Below are positions 41,301 through 55,880 of a stretch of DNA of 64,000 nucleotides, one piece after another. The DNA is from the human T2T-CHM13v2.0 reference genome, Homo sapiens, in the NCBI RefSeq assembly GCF_009914755.1, contig NC_060931.1; one strand, 5' to 3'. The notes below the pieces were generated by a model. The model did not search any database. It saw only the letters and a list, made by a program, of their open reading frames with translations, and was not told the origin of the DNA. Position 1 is the first letter of the stretch, and the number at the start of each line of letters is the position of its first letter. The translations under genes and the position numbers were made by a program.

Positions 41301-44300
41301 GGTGGTGGTGGTTATGGTGATGGTGGTGGAGGTGGTGGTAGAGGTGATGGTGGTTATGGTGATGGTGGTGGAGGTGGTAGTAGAGGTGGTGGTGGTGGTT
41401 ATGGTGGTGGTGGTGGAGGTGGTAGTAGAGGTGGTGATGGTGGTTATGGTGGTGGTGGTGGAGGTGGTAGTAGAGGTGGTGATGGTGGTTATGGTGATGG
41501 TGGTGGAGGTGGTAGTAGAGGTGGTGATGGTGGTTATGGTGATGGTGGTGGAGGTGGTAGTAGAGGTGGTGATGGTGGTTATGGTGATGGTGGTGGAGGT
41601 GGTAGTAGAGCTGGTGATGGTGGTTATGGTGATGGTGGTGGAGGTGGTAGTAGAGGTGGTGATGGTAGTTATGGTGGTGGTGGTGGAGGTGGTAGTAGAG
41701 GTGGTGATGGTGGTTATGGTGATGGTGGTGGAGGTGGTAGTAGAGGTGGTGATGGTGGTTATGGTGATGGTGGTGGAGGTGGTAGTAGAGGTGGTGATGG
41801 TTATGGTGATGGTGGTGGAGGTGGTAGTAGAGGTGGTGATGGTGGTTATGGTGGTGGTGGTGGAGGTGGTAGTAGAGGTGGTGATGGTGGTTATGGTGAT
41901 GGTGGTGGAGGTGGTAGTAGAGGTGGTGATGGTGGTTATGGTGATGGTGGTGGAGGTGGTAGTAGAGGTGGTGATGGTGGTTATGGTGATGGTGGTGGAG
42001 GTGGTAGTAGAGGTGGTGATGGTTATGGTGGTGGTGGTGGAGGTGGTAGTAGAGGTGGTGATGGTGGTTATGGTGGTGGTGGTGGAGGTGGTAGTAGAGG
42101 TGGTGATGGTGGTTATGGTGGTGGTGGTGGAGGTGGTAGTAGAGGTGGTGATGGTGGTTATGGTGGTGGTGGTGGAGGTGGTAGTAGAGGTGGTGATGGT
42201 GGTTATGGTGGTGGTGGAGGTGGTAGTAGAGGTGGTGATGGTGGTTATGGTGATGGTGGTGGAGGTGGTAGTAGAGGTGGTGATGGTGGTTATGGTGATG
42301 GTGGTGGAGGTGGTAGTAGAGGTGGTGATGGTGGTTATGGTGATGGTGGTGGAGGTGGTAGTAGAGGTGGTGATGGTGGTTATGGTGATGGTGGTGGAGG
42401 TGGTAGTAGAGGTGGTGATGGTGGTTATGGTGATGGTGGTGGAGGTGGTAGAGGTGATGGTAGTTGTGATGGTGGTGGAGGTGGTAGTAGAGGTGGTGAT
42501 GGTAGTTATGGTGATGGTGGTGGAGGTGGTAGTAGAGGTGGTGATGGTGGTTATGGTGGTGGTGGTGGAGGTGGTAGTAGAGGTGGTGATGGTGGTTATG
42601 GTGATGGTGGTGGAGGTGGTAGTAGAGGTGGTGATGGTGGTTATGGTGATGGTGGTGGAGGTGGTAGTAGAGGTGGTGATGGTGGTTATGGTGGTGGTGG
42701 TGGAGGTGGTAGTAGAGGTGGTGATGGTTATGGTGGTGGTGGTGGAGGTGGTAGTAGAGGTGGTGATGGTAGTTGTGATGGTGGTGGAGGTGGTAGTAGA
42801 GGTGGTGATGGTGGTTATGGTGGTGGTGGTGGAGGTGGTAGTAGAGGTGGTGATGGTGGTTATGGTGATGGTGGTGGAGGTGGTAGTAGAGGTGGTGGTG
42901 GTTATGGTGATGGTGGTGGAGGTGGTAGTAGAGGTGGTGGTGGTTACGGTGATGGTGGTGGAGGTGGTAGTAGAGGTGGTGATGGTGGTTATGGTGATGG
43001 TGGTGGAGGTGGTAGTAGAGGTGGTGGTGGTTATGGTGATGGTGGTGGAGGTGGTAGTAGAGGTGGTGATGGTGGTTATGGTGGTGGTGGTGGAGGTGGT
43101 AGTAGAGGTGGTGGTGGTTATGGTGATGGTGGTGGAGTTGGTAGTAGAGGTGGTGATGGTGGTTATGGTGATGGTGGTGGAGGTGGTAGTAGAGGTGGTG
43201 ATGGTGGTTATGGTGGTGGTGGTGGAGGTGGTAGTAGAGGTGGTGATGGTGGTTATGGTGATGGTGGTGGAGGTGGTAGTAGAGGTGGTGATGGTGGTTA
43301 TGGTGATGGTGGTGGAGGTGGTAGTAGAGGTGATGGTGGTTATGGTGGTGGTGGTGGAGGTGGTAGTAGAGGTGGTGATGGTGGTTATGGTGATGGTGGT
43401 GGAGGTGGTAGTAGAGGTGGTGATGGTGGTTATGGTGATGGTGGTGGAGGTGGTGGTAGAGGTGGTGGTGGTTACGGTGATGGTGGTGGAGGTGGTAGTA
43501 GAGGTGGTGATGGTGGTTATGGTGATGGTGGTGGAGGTGGTAGTAGAGGTGGTGATGGTGGTTATGGTGATGGTGGTGGAGGTGGTAGTAGAGGTGGTGA
43601 TGGTGGTTATGGTGATGGTGGTGGAGGTGGTAGTAGAGGTGGTGATGGTTATGGTGATGGTGGTGGAGGTGGTAGTAGAGGTGGTGATGGTGGTTATGGT
43701 GATGGTGGTGGAGGTGGTAGTAGAGGTGGTGATGGTGGTTATGGTGATGGTGGTGGAGGTGGTAGTAGAGGTGGTGATGGTGGTTATGGTGGTGGTGGTG
43801 GAGGTGGTAGTAGAGGTGGTGATGGTGGTTATGGTGATGGTGGTGGAGGTGGTAGTAGAGGTGGTGATGGTGGTTATGGTGATGGTGGTGGAGGTGGTAG
43901 TAGAGGTGGTGATGGTTATGGTGGTGGTGGTGGAGGTGGTAGTAGAGGTGGTGATGGTAGTTATGGTGGTGGTGGTGGAGGTGGTAGTAGAGGTGGTGAT
44001 GGTGGTTATGGTGATGGTGGTGGAGGTGGTAGTAGAGGTGGTGATGGTTATGGTGATGGTGGTGGAGGTGGTAGTAGAGGTGGTGATGGTAGTTATGGTG
44101 ATGGTGGTGGAGGTGGTAGTAGAGGTGGTGATGGTGGTTATGGTGGTGGTGGTGGAGGTGGTAGTAGAGGTGGTGATGGTGGTTATGGTGGTGGTGGTGG
44201 AGGTGGTAGTAGAGGTGGTGATGGTTATGGTGATGGTGGTGGAGGTGGTAGAGGTGATGGTAGTTATGGTGGTGGTGGAGGTGGTAGTAGAGGTGGTGAT

Positions 44301-47300
44301 GGTAGTTATGGTGGTGGTGGAGGTGGTAGTAGAGGTGGTGATGGTGGTTATGGTGATGGTGGTGGAGGTGGTAGTAGAGGTGGTGATGGTGGTTATGGTG
44401 GTGGTGGTGGAGGTGGTAGTAGAGGTGGTGATGGTGGTTGTGGTGATGGTGGTGGAGGTGGTAGTAGAGGTGATGGTGGTTATGGTGATGGTGGTGGAGG
44501 TGGTAGTAGAGGTGGTGATGGTGGTTATGGTGGTGGTGGTGGAGGTGGTAGTAGAGGTGGTGATGGTGGTTATGGTGATGGTGGTGGAGGTGGTAGTAGA
44601 GGTGGTGGTGGTTATGGTGATGGTGGTGGAGGTGGTAGTAGAGGTGGTGATGGTTATGGTGATGGTGGTGGAGGTGGTAGAGGTGATGGTAGTTATGGTG
44701 GTGGTGGAGGTGGTAGTAGAGGTGGTGATGGTGGTTATGGTGGTGGTGGTGGAGGTGGTAGTAGAGGTGGTGATGGTGGTTATGGTGATGGTGGTGGAGG
44801 TGGTGGTAGAGGTGGTGATGGTAGTTATGGTGATGGTGGTGGAGGTGGTAGTAGAGGTGGTGATGGTGGTTATGGTGATGGTGGTGGAGGTGGTAGTAGA
44901 GGTGGTGATGGTGGTTATGGTGGTGGTGGTGGAGGTGGTAGTAGAGGTGGTGATGGTGGTTATGGTGATGGTGGTGGAGGTGGTAGTAGAGGTGGTGGTG
45001 GTGGTTATGGTGATGGTGGTGGAGGTGGTAGTAGAGGTGGTGATGGTAGTTATGGTGGTGGTGGTGGAGGTGGTAGTAGAGGTGGTGATGGTGGTTATGG
45101 TGGTGGTGGTGGAGGTGGTAGTAGAGGTGGTGATGGTGGTTATGGTGATGGTGGTGGAGGTGGTGGTAGAGGTGGTAGTGGTTATGGTGATGGTGGTGGA
45201 GGTGGTAGTAGAGGTGGTGATGGTGGTTATGGTGATGGTGGTGGAGGTGGTAGTAGAGGTGGTGGTGGTGGTTATGGTGGTGGTGGTGGAGGTGGTAGTA
45301 GAGGTGGTGATGGTGGTTATGGTGATGGTGGTGGAGGTGGTAGTAGAGGTGGTGGTGGTGGTTATGGTGGTGGTGGTGGAGGTGGTAGTAGAGGTGGTGG
45401 TGGTGGTTATGGTGGTGGTGGTGGAGGTGGTAGTAGAGGTGGTGGTGGTGGTTATGGTGGTGGTGGTGGAGTTGGTAGTAGAGGTGGTGATGGTGGTTAT
45501 GGTGATGGTGGTGGAGTTGGTAGTAGAGGTGGTGATGGTGGTTATGGTGATGGTGGTGGAGGTGGTAGTAGAGGTGGTGGTGGTGGTTATGGTGGTGGTG
45601 GTGGAGGTGGTAGTAGAGGTGGTGGTGGTGGTTATGGTGGTGGTGGTGGAGGTGGTAGTAGAGGTGGTGATGGTGGTTATGGTGATGGTGGTGGAGGTGG
45701 TGGTAGAGGTGGTAGTGGTTATGGTGATGGTGGTGGAGGTGGTAGTAGAGGTGGTGATGGTGGTTATGGTGATGGTGGAGGTGGTAGTAGAGGTGGTGAT
45801 GGTGGTTATGGTGATGGTGGTGGAGGTGGTAGTAGAGGTGGTGATGGTGGTTATGGTGATGGTGGTGGAGGTGGTAGTAGAGGTGGTAGTGGTTATGGTG
45901 ATGGTGGTGGAGGTGGTAGTAGAGGTGGTGATGGTGGTTATGGTGATGGTGGTGGAGGTGGTAGTAGAGGTGGTGATGGTGGTTATGGTGATGGTGGTGG
46001 AGGTGGTAGTAGAGGTGGTGATGGTGGTTATGGTGATGGTGGTGGAGGTGGTAGTAGAGGTGGTGATGGTGGTTATGGTGATGGTGGTGGAGGTGGTAGT
46101 AGAGGTGGTGGTGGTGGTTATGGTGATGGTGGTGGAGGTGGTAGTAGAGGTGGTGGTGGTGGTTATGGTGATGGTGGTGGAGGTGGTAGTAGAGGTGGTG
46201 ATGGTGGTTATGGTGGTGGTGGTGGAGGTGGTAGTAGAGGTGGTGATGGTGGTTATGGTGATGGTGGTGGAGGTGGTAGTAGAGGTGGTGGTGGTGGTTA
46301 TGGTGATGGTGGTGGAGGTGGTAGTAGAGGTGGTGGTGGTGGTTATGGTGATGGTGGTGGAGGTGGTAGTAGAGGTGGTGATGGTGGTTATGGTGGTGGT
46401 GGTGGAGGTGGTAGTAGAGGTGGTGATGGTGGTTATGGTGATGGTGGTGGAGGTGGTAGTAGAGGTGGTGATGGTTATGGTGATGGTGGTGGAGGTGGTA
46501 GTAGAGGTGGTGATGGTGGTTATGGTGGTGGTGGTGGAGGTGGTAGTAGAGGTGGTGATGGTGGTTATGGTGATGGTGGTGGAGGTGGTAGTAGAGGTGA
46601 TGGTGGTTATGGTGGTGGTGGTGGAGGTGGTAGTAGAGGTGGTGATGGTGGTTATGGTGGTGGTGGTGGAGGTGGTAGTAGAGGTGGTGATGGTGGTTAT
46701 GGTGATGGTGGTGGAGGTGGTAGTAGAGGTGGTGATGGTGGTTATGGTGATGGTGGTGGAGGTGGTAGTAGAGGTGATGGTGGTTATGGTGATGGTGGTG
46801 GAGGTGGTGGTAGAGGTGGTGATGGTGGTTATGGTGATGGTGGTGGAGGTGGTAGTAGAGGTGGTGATGGTGGTTATGGTGGTGGTGGTGGAGGTGGTAG
46901 TAGAGGTGGTGGTGGTGGTTATGGTGATGGTGGTGGAGGTGGTGGTAGAGGTGGTGATGGTGGTTATGGTGATGGTGGTGGAGGTGGTAGTAGAGGTGGT
47001 GATGGTGGTTATGGTGATGGTGGTGGAGGTGGTAGTAGAGGTGGTGATGGTGGTTATGGTGATGGTGGTGGAGGTGGTAGTAGAGGTGGTGATGGTGGTT
47101 ATGGTGATGGTGGTGGAGGTGGTAGTAGAGGTGGTGATGGTGGTTATGGTGGTGGTGGTGGAGGTGGTAGTAGAGGTGGTGATGGTGGTTATGGTGATGG
47201 TGGTGGAGGTGGTAGTAGAGGTGGTGATGGTGGTTATGGTGATGGTGGTGGAGGTGGTAGTAGAGGTGGTGATGGTGGTTATGGTGATGGTGGTGGAGGT

Positions 47301-48517
47301 GGTAGTAGAGGTGGTGATGGTGGTTATGGTGATGGTGGTGGAGGTGGTAGTAGAGGTGGTGATGGTGGTTATGGTGATGGTGGTGGAGGTGGTAGTAGAG
47401 GTGGTGATGGTGGTTATGGTGGTGGTGGTGGAGGTGGTAGTAGAGGTGGTGATGGTGGTTATGGTGGTGGTGGTGGAGGTGGTAGTAGAGGTGGTGATGG
47501 TGGTTATGGTGGTGGTGGTGGAGGTGGTAGTAGAGGTGGTAGTGGTTATGGTGATGGTGGTGGAGGTGGTAGTAGAGGTGGTGATGGTGGTTATGGTGAT
47601 GGTGGTGGAGGTGGTAGTAGAGGTGGTGATGGTGGTTATGGTGATGGTGGTGGAGGTGGTAGTAGAGGTGGTGATGGTGGTTATGGTGGTGGTGGTGGAG
47701 GTGGTAGTAGAGGTGGTGATGGTGGTTATGGTGATGGTGGTGGAGGTGGTAGTAGAGGTGGTGGTGGTGGTTATGGTGGTGGTGGTGGAGGTGGTAGTAG
47801 AGGTGGTGATGGTGGTTATGGTGGTGGTGGTGGAGGTGGTAGTAGAGGTGGTGATGGTGGTTATGGTGGTGGTGGTGGAGGTGGTAGTAGAGGTGGTGGT
47901 GGTTATGGTGATGGTGGTGGAGGTGGTAGTAGAGGTGGTGGTGGTGGTTATGGTGATGGTGATGGAGGTGGTAGTAGAGGTGGTGATGGTTATGGTGATG
48001 GTGGTGGAGGTGGTAGTAGAGGTGATGGTGGTTATGGTGGTGGTGGTGGAGGTGGTAGTAGAGGTGGTGATGGTGGTTATGGTGATGGTGGTGGAGGTGG
48101 TAGTAGAGGTGGTGATGGTTATGGTGGTGGTGGTGGAGGTGGTAGTAGAGGTGGTGATGGTTATGGTGGTGGTGGTGGAGGTGGTAGTAGAGGTGGTGAT
48201 GGTTATGGTGATGGTGGTGGAGGTGGTAGTAGAGGTGGTGATGGTTATGGTGATGGTGGTGGAGGTGGTAGTAGAGGTGATGGTGGTTATGGTGGTGGTG
48301 GTGGAGGTGGTAGTAGAGGTGGTGATGGTGGTTATGGTGATGGTGGTGGAGGTGGTGGTAGAGGTGGTGATGGTGGTTATGGTGGTGGTGGAGGTGGTAG
48401 TAGAGGTGGTGATGGTTATGGTGATGGTGGTGGAGGTGGTGGTAGAGGTGATGGTGGTTATGGTGATGGTGGTGGAGGTGGTAGTAGAGGTGGTGATGGT
48501 GGTTATGGTGATGGTGG
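32365..48517. repeat. Giant homogeneous minisatellite, 45-bp unit GGTGGTGATGGTGGTTATGGTGATGGTGGTGGAGGTGGTAGTAGA, roughly 360 copies (~16.1 kb)
   Basis: Direct reading; variant units differ by whole triplets (mostly 39/42/45 bp) or single substitutions. Copy number estimated as length divided by unit. Confidence 0.97.
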
Positions 48518-48799
48518 CGAAGTTGTAACAGAGGTGGAGCTGGTGGTGATGGAAGTGTCAGTGGTGGTGATGCTTCTGTCTGCACATCCCCTTTCCCATT
48601 TAGGCAAACAGCACTGCCATTTTTATCTGTGGGACTTCTGCCCTTGAACCCTTTTCCCTCAGGACAGGCCACCTGGTAAAGGCTCATGGCATATGCAGGC
48701 CAGCAAATGCTCTCTCCCTAGGATGTGAGTCATGCATGGAGTGACACAGGAGGAGATGACCAGAGCTGCCTCAGGCCTGCAGCAGCACCCGGGCCTACC

Positions 48800-49210
48800 T
48801 GTATTAGTTCGTTCTCACACTGCTATAAAGAAATACCCGAGACTGGGTAATCTACAAAGAAAAGAGGTTTAATTGACCAGCAGTTCCTCAGGCTATACAG
48901 GAAGCAAGGTGGCCTGTGCTTCTGGGGAGGCCTCGGGAAACTTATAATCATGGTGGGAGATGAAGGGGGAGCAGGCACGTCTTACGTGGCTGGAGCAGGA
49001 GGAAAAGAGAGACGGGGAGGTGCCACACACTTTAAAACAACCAGATCTCACAAGAACTCACTGCTGCCAAGACCACACCAAGGGGGATGGTGTTAAACCA
49101 TGATAAACCACCTGCACGATCCAGTCACTTCCCACCAGGTCCCACCTCCAACAGTGGGGATTGTAATTCAACATGAGATTTGAGTGGGGACACAGATACA
49201 AACCGCGTCA
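48800..49210 (-). mobile_element. ERVL-MaLR solo LTR (MSTA-like), reverse orientation
   Basis: TGTATTAGTTCGTTCTCACACTGCTATAAAG...GGGACACAGATACAAACC; imperfect TSD CTACC/CTGCC. Confidence 0.9.
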
Positions 49211-50259
49211 CTGCCAATGAGTGCCGAGGCCTGAGTCCCATGCTCAGGTCTGCATCTGCATCTTTTCCTGACTCTGGGGGCTCCCTACCTTCCAATAAAG
49301 TCTTTTGTGGGCCCAGCTGCCAGACCCTTTCAGTCACCTGCATTGAGAGACTTGGTGACCTATGTAAGTCGGCAGGCCTCAGTCTTACTGTTATTAATAA
49401 ACAGTCCAGCCATTGGTCATAAGAAAAATATCTAATTCCATAAAGCACTGACTAGGTGCCAGTGATTATGACAATAGTTAGGCGCCATTCTCATTCACAT
49501 TCCACACATGAGGAGACCAAGGCTGAGGTCTAAATCATCTTCCCAAGACCCCCACAGCCAGTAAGTGCTGGGTTCAGGGTTCAAATCCACTCGGTCTCAC
49601 TCCAGAGTTCAAGGTCCCATTCTTGCCATCCCAATTCACCGAATTCTCCATTTGTGGATTCTATTAGCCTGAAGCCAGCACTTCTGAGGCCTCCTAACCC
49701 TAGCTGGGAGGGCAGCCAGCCCACTCAGCGGGGAGGTGACTGGCTATTATTCAGGGTGTGGGTGCAGAGGTGTCTGGCATCTGAGGCATTTTGTTGCTTC
49801 TTTTACTAAGGCAGAGGGAGGGAGAAGCAACCTGTGATAATCTCACCTCACCAGCATTGCAACTTAGCAAAAGTCATACTCTCCCGGCACACTGGTTAAT
49901 GAATCTGCTGGAAGACATCTTATTCTATGGGACTTTCTCAGAATGTTCTAGACAGTACTCACAGGTCTCCTGGCAAAGCAATAGAAAAACCAAGCCAGAG
50001 TCTTGGGAGTTGCCCCCACTCCTGGCCATTCACACCAACATCTGTGCCTCCCCAGGAGGCTGGCCACTGCCCAGTTCACTCCATGCCTGCTATACCCACA
50101 AGCCACTAAGCCTGAGGAGGAGAACATCTGGCCTGCCTGGAAGCAGGCTCTTCCCCAGACCAGGGGCAAACACCGTGGAGCTTCCCGTCAGCTCTCCAGC
50201 CAGCTCTGCTCTCAGCGGGTTGGAGGCAACAACCTGTGGCCGGAACATGGCCTGATGTG

Positions 50260-50441
50260 CCAGCCTCCCAAGTAGCTGGCACTACAGGCATGTGCTACCA
50301 CACCCAGCTAATTTTTGTATTTTTTTTGTAGAGATGGGGTTTCACCATGCTGCCCAGGCTGGTAACTTCTGAGCTCTAGCAATCTGCCTGTCTTGGCCTC
50401 CCAAAGTGCTGGGATTATAGAAACGCGCCACCGCACTGGCC
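50260..50441 (-). mobile_element. Partial Alu
   Basis: Reverse Alu left arm plus part of the right arm. Confidence 0.85.
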
Positions 50442-50508
50442 TATTATTTATATTTGATATAGCATTTAACAGAAATTTGTTATGTGATAATTTTTCACCT
50501 TTTGCTAA

Positions 50509-50816
<308 letters not shown>

Positions 50817-50991
50817 AAAATGTTTTATTTTTTAAAACAGTCTGTTAGAGACACAAACTAAGGTATTTGTGGGTCAAATTAGGTAAAGTCTGGGATTTGC
50901 TATAAAATAATATTCTAGCAACAAAAACAACAAAAGGTGAAGATCAATGAGATTGGTTGTACTATTTTCTCTAATTTTAAAAATATATTTA

Positions 50992-52235
<1,244 letters not shown>

Positions 52236-52259
52236 TTAACTTTTCTATTCCCTAGCAAT

Positions 52260-52860
<601 letters not shown>

Positions 52861-55608
52861 GGGAGAAGGCAATCATCCTAAAAGTTTTAAAAGCTTACAA
52901 GATATTTAAAGATCACCCTAAGACTCAGATAAGATGAAATATCCAGGGAGGGAAGTCAATGTTAGGGCCACTTTTGTCCAAGGTGGTGTTTCCTGGCCTC
53001 GACGGTGACCCTGAGAGACTGCGTATGGGGAACGAAGGAGTTGGAGTGTGGAGCTCTCGTGGGCAGGGGTGGAACAGTCCCTGCAAAGCTGCCCCATGTG
53101 AACTTCAGCCTGGCTTCAAGCCATCCCAATGCTCCCAGAACCCCAAACCCTGAAATTACAGTCAGGCGATTGCAACATTAAAACATGTTTATCTTCTTTA
53201 GACAAAATACTCTAAACTGAGATTCTTTAGTTAATAGGTGTGAACATTTTTATGACAATGGATATGTATCAATATGTATTTCAGTGTCATCATGTACTAA
53301 TGTAAACCAGTTTAATGCTGCCCTAAAACAATGTATACCAATTACACCATCATTTTCCAGAAGTGGGGATTATACTTTTAAAAAACTGCTTTAGTAATTG
53401 AAAATAGTAACTGCAGCCTCAGACTCCTGGGCTCAAGAGATCCTTCTGCCCCTGCCCCGCAAGTAGCTGGGACTACAGGTGCACACCATGCCTGGCTTCT
53501 CATTTCTGTGCTAATTACATTTGTCAGTTGGCCTGTGAGTGTCCTGACAGTACTGGCTCCAGCAGCAGCTTCTGTTCCTGGCTTCTCAGGTAAGTTCTGA
53601 TTCTCTGCATTCACCTGTCTCTCCAGTTTTCAGGATAGCAGTTTGCCCCATGACCTCATTTCTCTGATGGATCTGAGAAGAGTTGTTGATTTTCCATTTG
53701 CTGAGCTTTTTTCTTGTTGTGGGGACAGCAGTGATAACTTCCAAGCTCTTTACCTGTCAAATCATTATCTTTTGATATTTGAATGGTTTTAGTTTTACAT
53801 GTGGATTTGTATTCCATCTGGAATATTTCTTTTATGCATTATATAAGGTAGAGAACTAACTTTTCTTAGTGAAAATCTGTCATTCCCCATTTATTTGGGA
53901 TGACTTCATTATACACAAATAACCCACGTAAGTGTGTGTGCTCTGTGCTTCTCGTTCTCTTCCGTTGGCCTATTTGCCTATTCCTAACCACTTCCATACT
54001 GTAGCTTTTTAATACACCCTTCAATGCTGGGTAGCGCAAACCCCCTCTGATTCTTCCCGGCGATTCTCTCGTGTTGCCTCTCCTCTGTATTGGAACACAT
54101 TCCCTCCCTCCTGTCAGATGTTAATTACTTGTGTTCTTTTTCTTTTCTCTGCCAGACTTTCTAGAAGTTTTCTAGTTGTTTTACTCATTTATTTAATCAT
54201 ATCTTTGGGAGTTTTTTAAATTCATAAATGTATCCTCACATATTTACTCATTTGTTCCCTTTTTAGTTTTCTATTTCTTGCTTCTTGAATTAAATGCTCA
54301 ATTCTTCTTTATTATACAAATAATACTACTGCATTCCCATTTGGAAAATGTTCAGTCTGTACAGAAACACACAGAGGAAAATGTGAGAGTTCCTTTACTT
54401 GCACCCCCACTTCCCAGTCCTCTCCCAGAAGTAAGAACCATCAGCAGTTTTACCCAAACACGTTGCTTATGCTCAAATGTCATTTTTAAAATAAATGACA
54501 TCATACTCTTTGTACTGTTTTGACTTGCTTTTTAAAAAATTTTACTTTGCATATGACTTAGAGATATTTTTGTTATCAGTATAGATATGTTTGCCTCATT
54601 TCAGGTAAAGGTTACATAATATTCCCTAGTACAGACAGGCTGTGTTTAAATGATATACTCCATTATTGAAGGATATTTAGCTAGCTTTCCAACAGAAACT
54701 CTTCAGATACCTGAAAAACAGTATCTACAAGAAACAACCTTAGCCAGCATGCGGACACATGGACACTTCAGTTGCTGAAACACCGGAATGCTTCCCGATC
54801 CATCGGTTGGTAGCAGGCCCCCAATATTCATATTTGACGACAATATGGTCCTCAACTTGGTACACACATCCCATAAAAGTTCAAATACAAAACACACATG
54901 CAAAAAGTGGTGGCTTTCGTGCACCCCAGGAATCACTAATGAAAATGCAGTATGAAAAACCACAAAGTGAGAATTGGAGCTGATTATCTCTACTCTACCC
55001 CTCTGTGCAGACACTGTTCTGAAAGGTTTACTCAAGCATTAATTCACTTACTATTCGCAGCAACCCAAGGAGGATGTTCCATTATTATCTCCACTTCACA
55101 AACCGGCCCATAGTCACATCTCTACTGAGTGGGAGAGCCAGCAAGGTTGCCCAGACAGCCTGGCTCCTGCAGATCTGTCTTCTGCATTGAAAACATCATA
55201 TTTACAGCAGCTACCATATTCTGAGGCATGTTCCTAATGCCAAATGTGTAAGACGGAGGAAATCACATTCACTTAAAGGCATTATTTACTGGTGTTTGAC
55301 TAACCTCTCCCAAATCCACCCTTGGATGACACCCACAAAGCCCTAGGCCAGGAGTCTGCCAGGACTCAGGCGGCAGGTCTCTCTTAGCCCACGAGGTCTG
55401 GGCCTCACTGGGATGGCAGTGGGAAACCTGGCATTCAGGGTAATGTGTCATGGGCACCCAGAAGACGCTCCCACTATAAAACTTTGGGAAATAAAGCAGT
55501 GAGGAGATAGCCATCCCCAACAGGTACCCCAGTGCTCACTCCCCATGGGCAGCAGGTGCTGCGAACACTGAAGAAACAGTGCCTGATTCAACAAGGACAG
55601 AAAGACCC

Positions 55609-55880
55609 CGGAGCGCAGAGACCAGGCATCATCGCTAACCACTAAAGCAAAGAGGGCACTGCCAGCTGACAACCAAGAGGAACTATGGGAGTCTCCACCT
55701 GGAGCACAGAGACCAGGCATCACCGCTAACCACTAAAGCAACGAGGGCACTGCCAGCTGACAACCAAGAGGAACTATGGGAGTCTCCACCCGGAGCACAG
55801 AGACCAGGCATCACCGCTAACCACTGAAGCAACGAGGGCACTGCCAGCTGACAACTAAGAGGACCCACAGGAGTCTCCAG
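55609..55880. repeat. 91-bp tandem repeat, 3 copies
   Basis: ggagcacagagaccaggcatcaccgctaaccact... starts at ~55609, 55700 and 55791. Confidence 0.92.

Noticed and set aside
31494-48687. 5717-, 5438- and 5449-aa ORFs as annotated protein-coding genes
   Set aside because: They are translations of a triplet-structured tandem repeat, open in several frames on both strands with no domain. Kept only as a testable hypothesis.
54703-55035. Overlapping short ORFs as a possible processed pseudogene
   Set aside because: No recognisable protein similarity, poly(A) tail or TSD.
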